Position numbers and translations under genes: made by a program
Notes under the pieces: generated by a model
What the model saw: only the letters and a program-made list of their open reading frames with translations
The model's database searches: none
What the model was told of the DNA's origin: nothing
In this document: positions 63,633 to 64,000 of the stretch, piece after piece
How positions within the stretch are numbered: position 1 is the first letter of the stretch
Layout of the letters: each line of letters opens with the position of its first letter
Origin: Mustelus asterias
Lineage: Eukaryota
Assembly (NCBI RefSeq): GCF_964213995.1
Contig: NC_135805.1
Location: 22,816,001-22,880,000, forward strand
Reading direction: 5' to 3'
DNA: 64,000 nt

Positions 63633-64000
63633 GTGTTTAAATCTAGATTGACTGCTGAATTCCAGAGGGCAATTTTTTATCTATGAAATATTTGTGAGAT
63701 TCTGGTCAATGATTGTCTACATGCAGTGCAGTGGGAAATAGCAGAATAAAGGCTGCCTATTATTCATTGTGTATACACACTGTTAACTACTGTTGTTTAA
63801 TAATTATATGATCCGTTGTCCTCTCATACCTAATCCTTGCTGCCTTCTGAGCGCCTATTTGATTCATGGTTGCTATGCGACGCTGTTTGTTCCTTTACCT
63901 GGTCCTGTTTACATTTCCCTTTACTGATTTCTGGCTGCATTTTGCAAAAGGTTCTCTTCAGCCACCACACCAGTGGCATGTGGCGAGAGATTGAGTTCAG

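Noticed and set aside
63047-63640. 197-aa Thr/His/Ser/Leu-rich ORF, or a CRISPR-like array
   Set aside because: It is the translation of an (ACTC)n microsatellite, with no unique spacers, in a eukaryotic context.

Overview
Eukaryotic, repeat-rich vertebrate DNA. The CR1/HER1-like LINEs and HE1/V-SINE-like SINEs suggest a shark or other cartilaginous fish (inference). The window carries parts of WDR43 (UTP5) on the + strand. (1) Bases 1-19353 are a near-perfect head-to-tail tandem array with periods of 6230 and 7291 bp. Each unit holds one 121-nt WDR43 WD40 exon (equivalent to human exon 4) and one SNORD53-type box C/D snoRNA. (2) A 200-N gap follows, and the middle WDR43 exons are not seen. 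(3) The last five WDR43 coding exons lie at 20363-33229. Three of their four introns each contain a SNORA31-like box H/ACA snoRNA, a family hosted by TPT1 in human. (4) The remainder is about 30 kb of nested CR1, Rex1/Babar and CR1/L2-group LINEs, SINEs and a solo LTR, then a candidate promoter and first exons of a downstream gene near 60.5-64 kb and an (ACTC)n microsatellite. All family assignments come from remembered reference sequences; no database search was run. Most short ORFs in the track are spurious or TE-derived.
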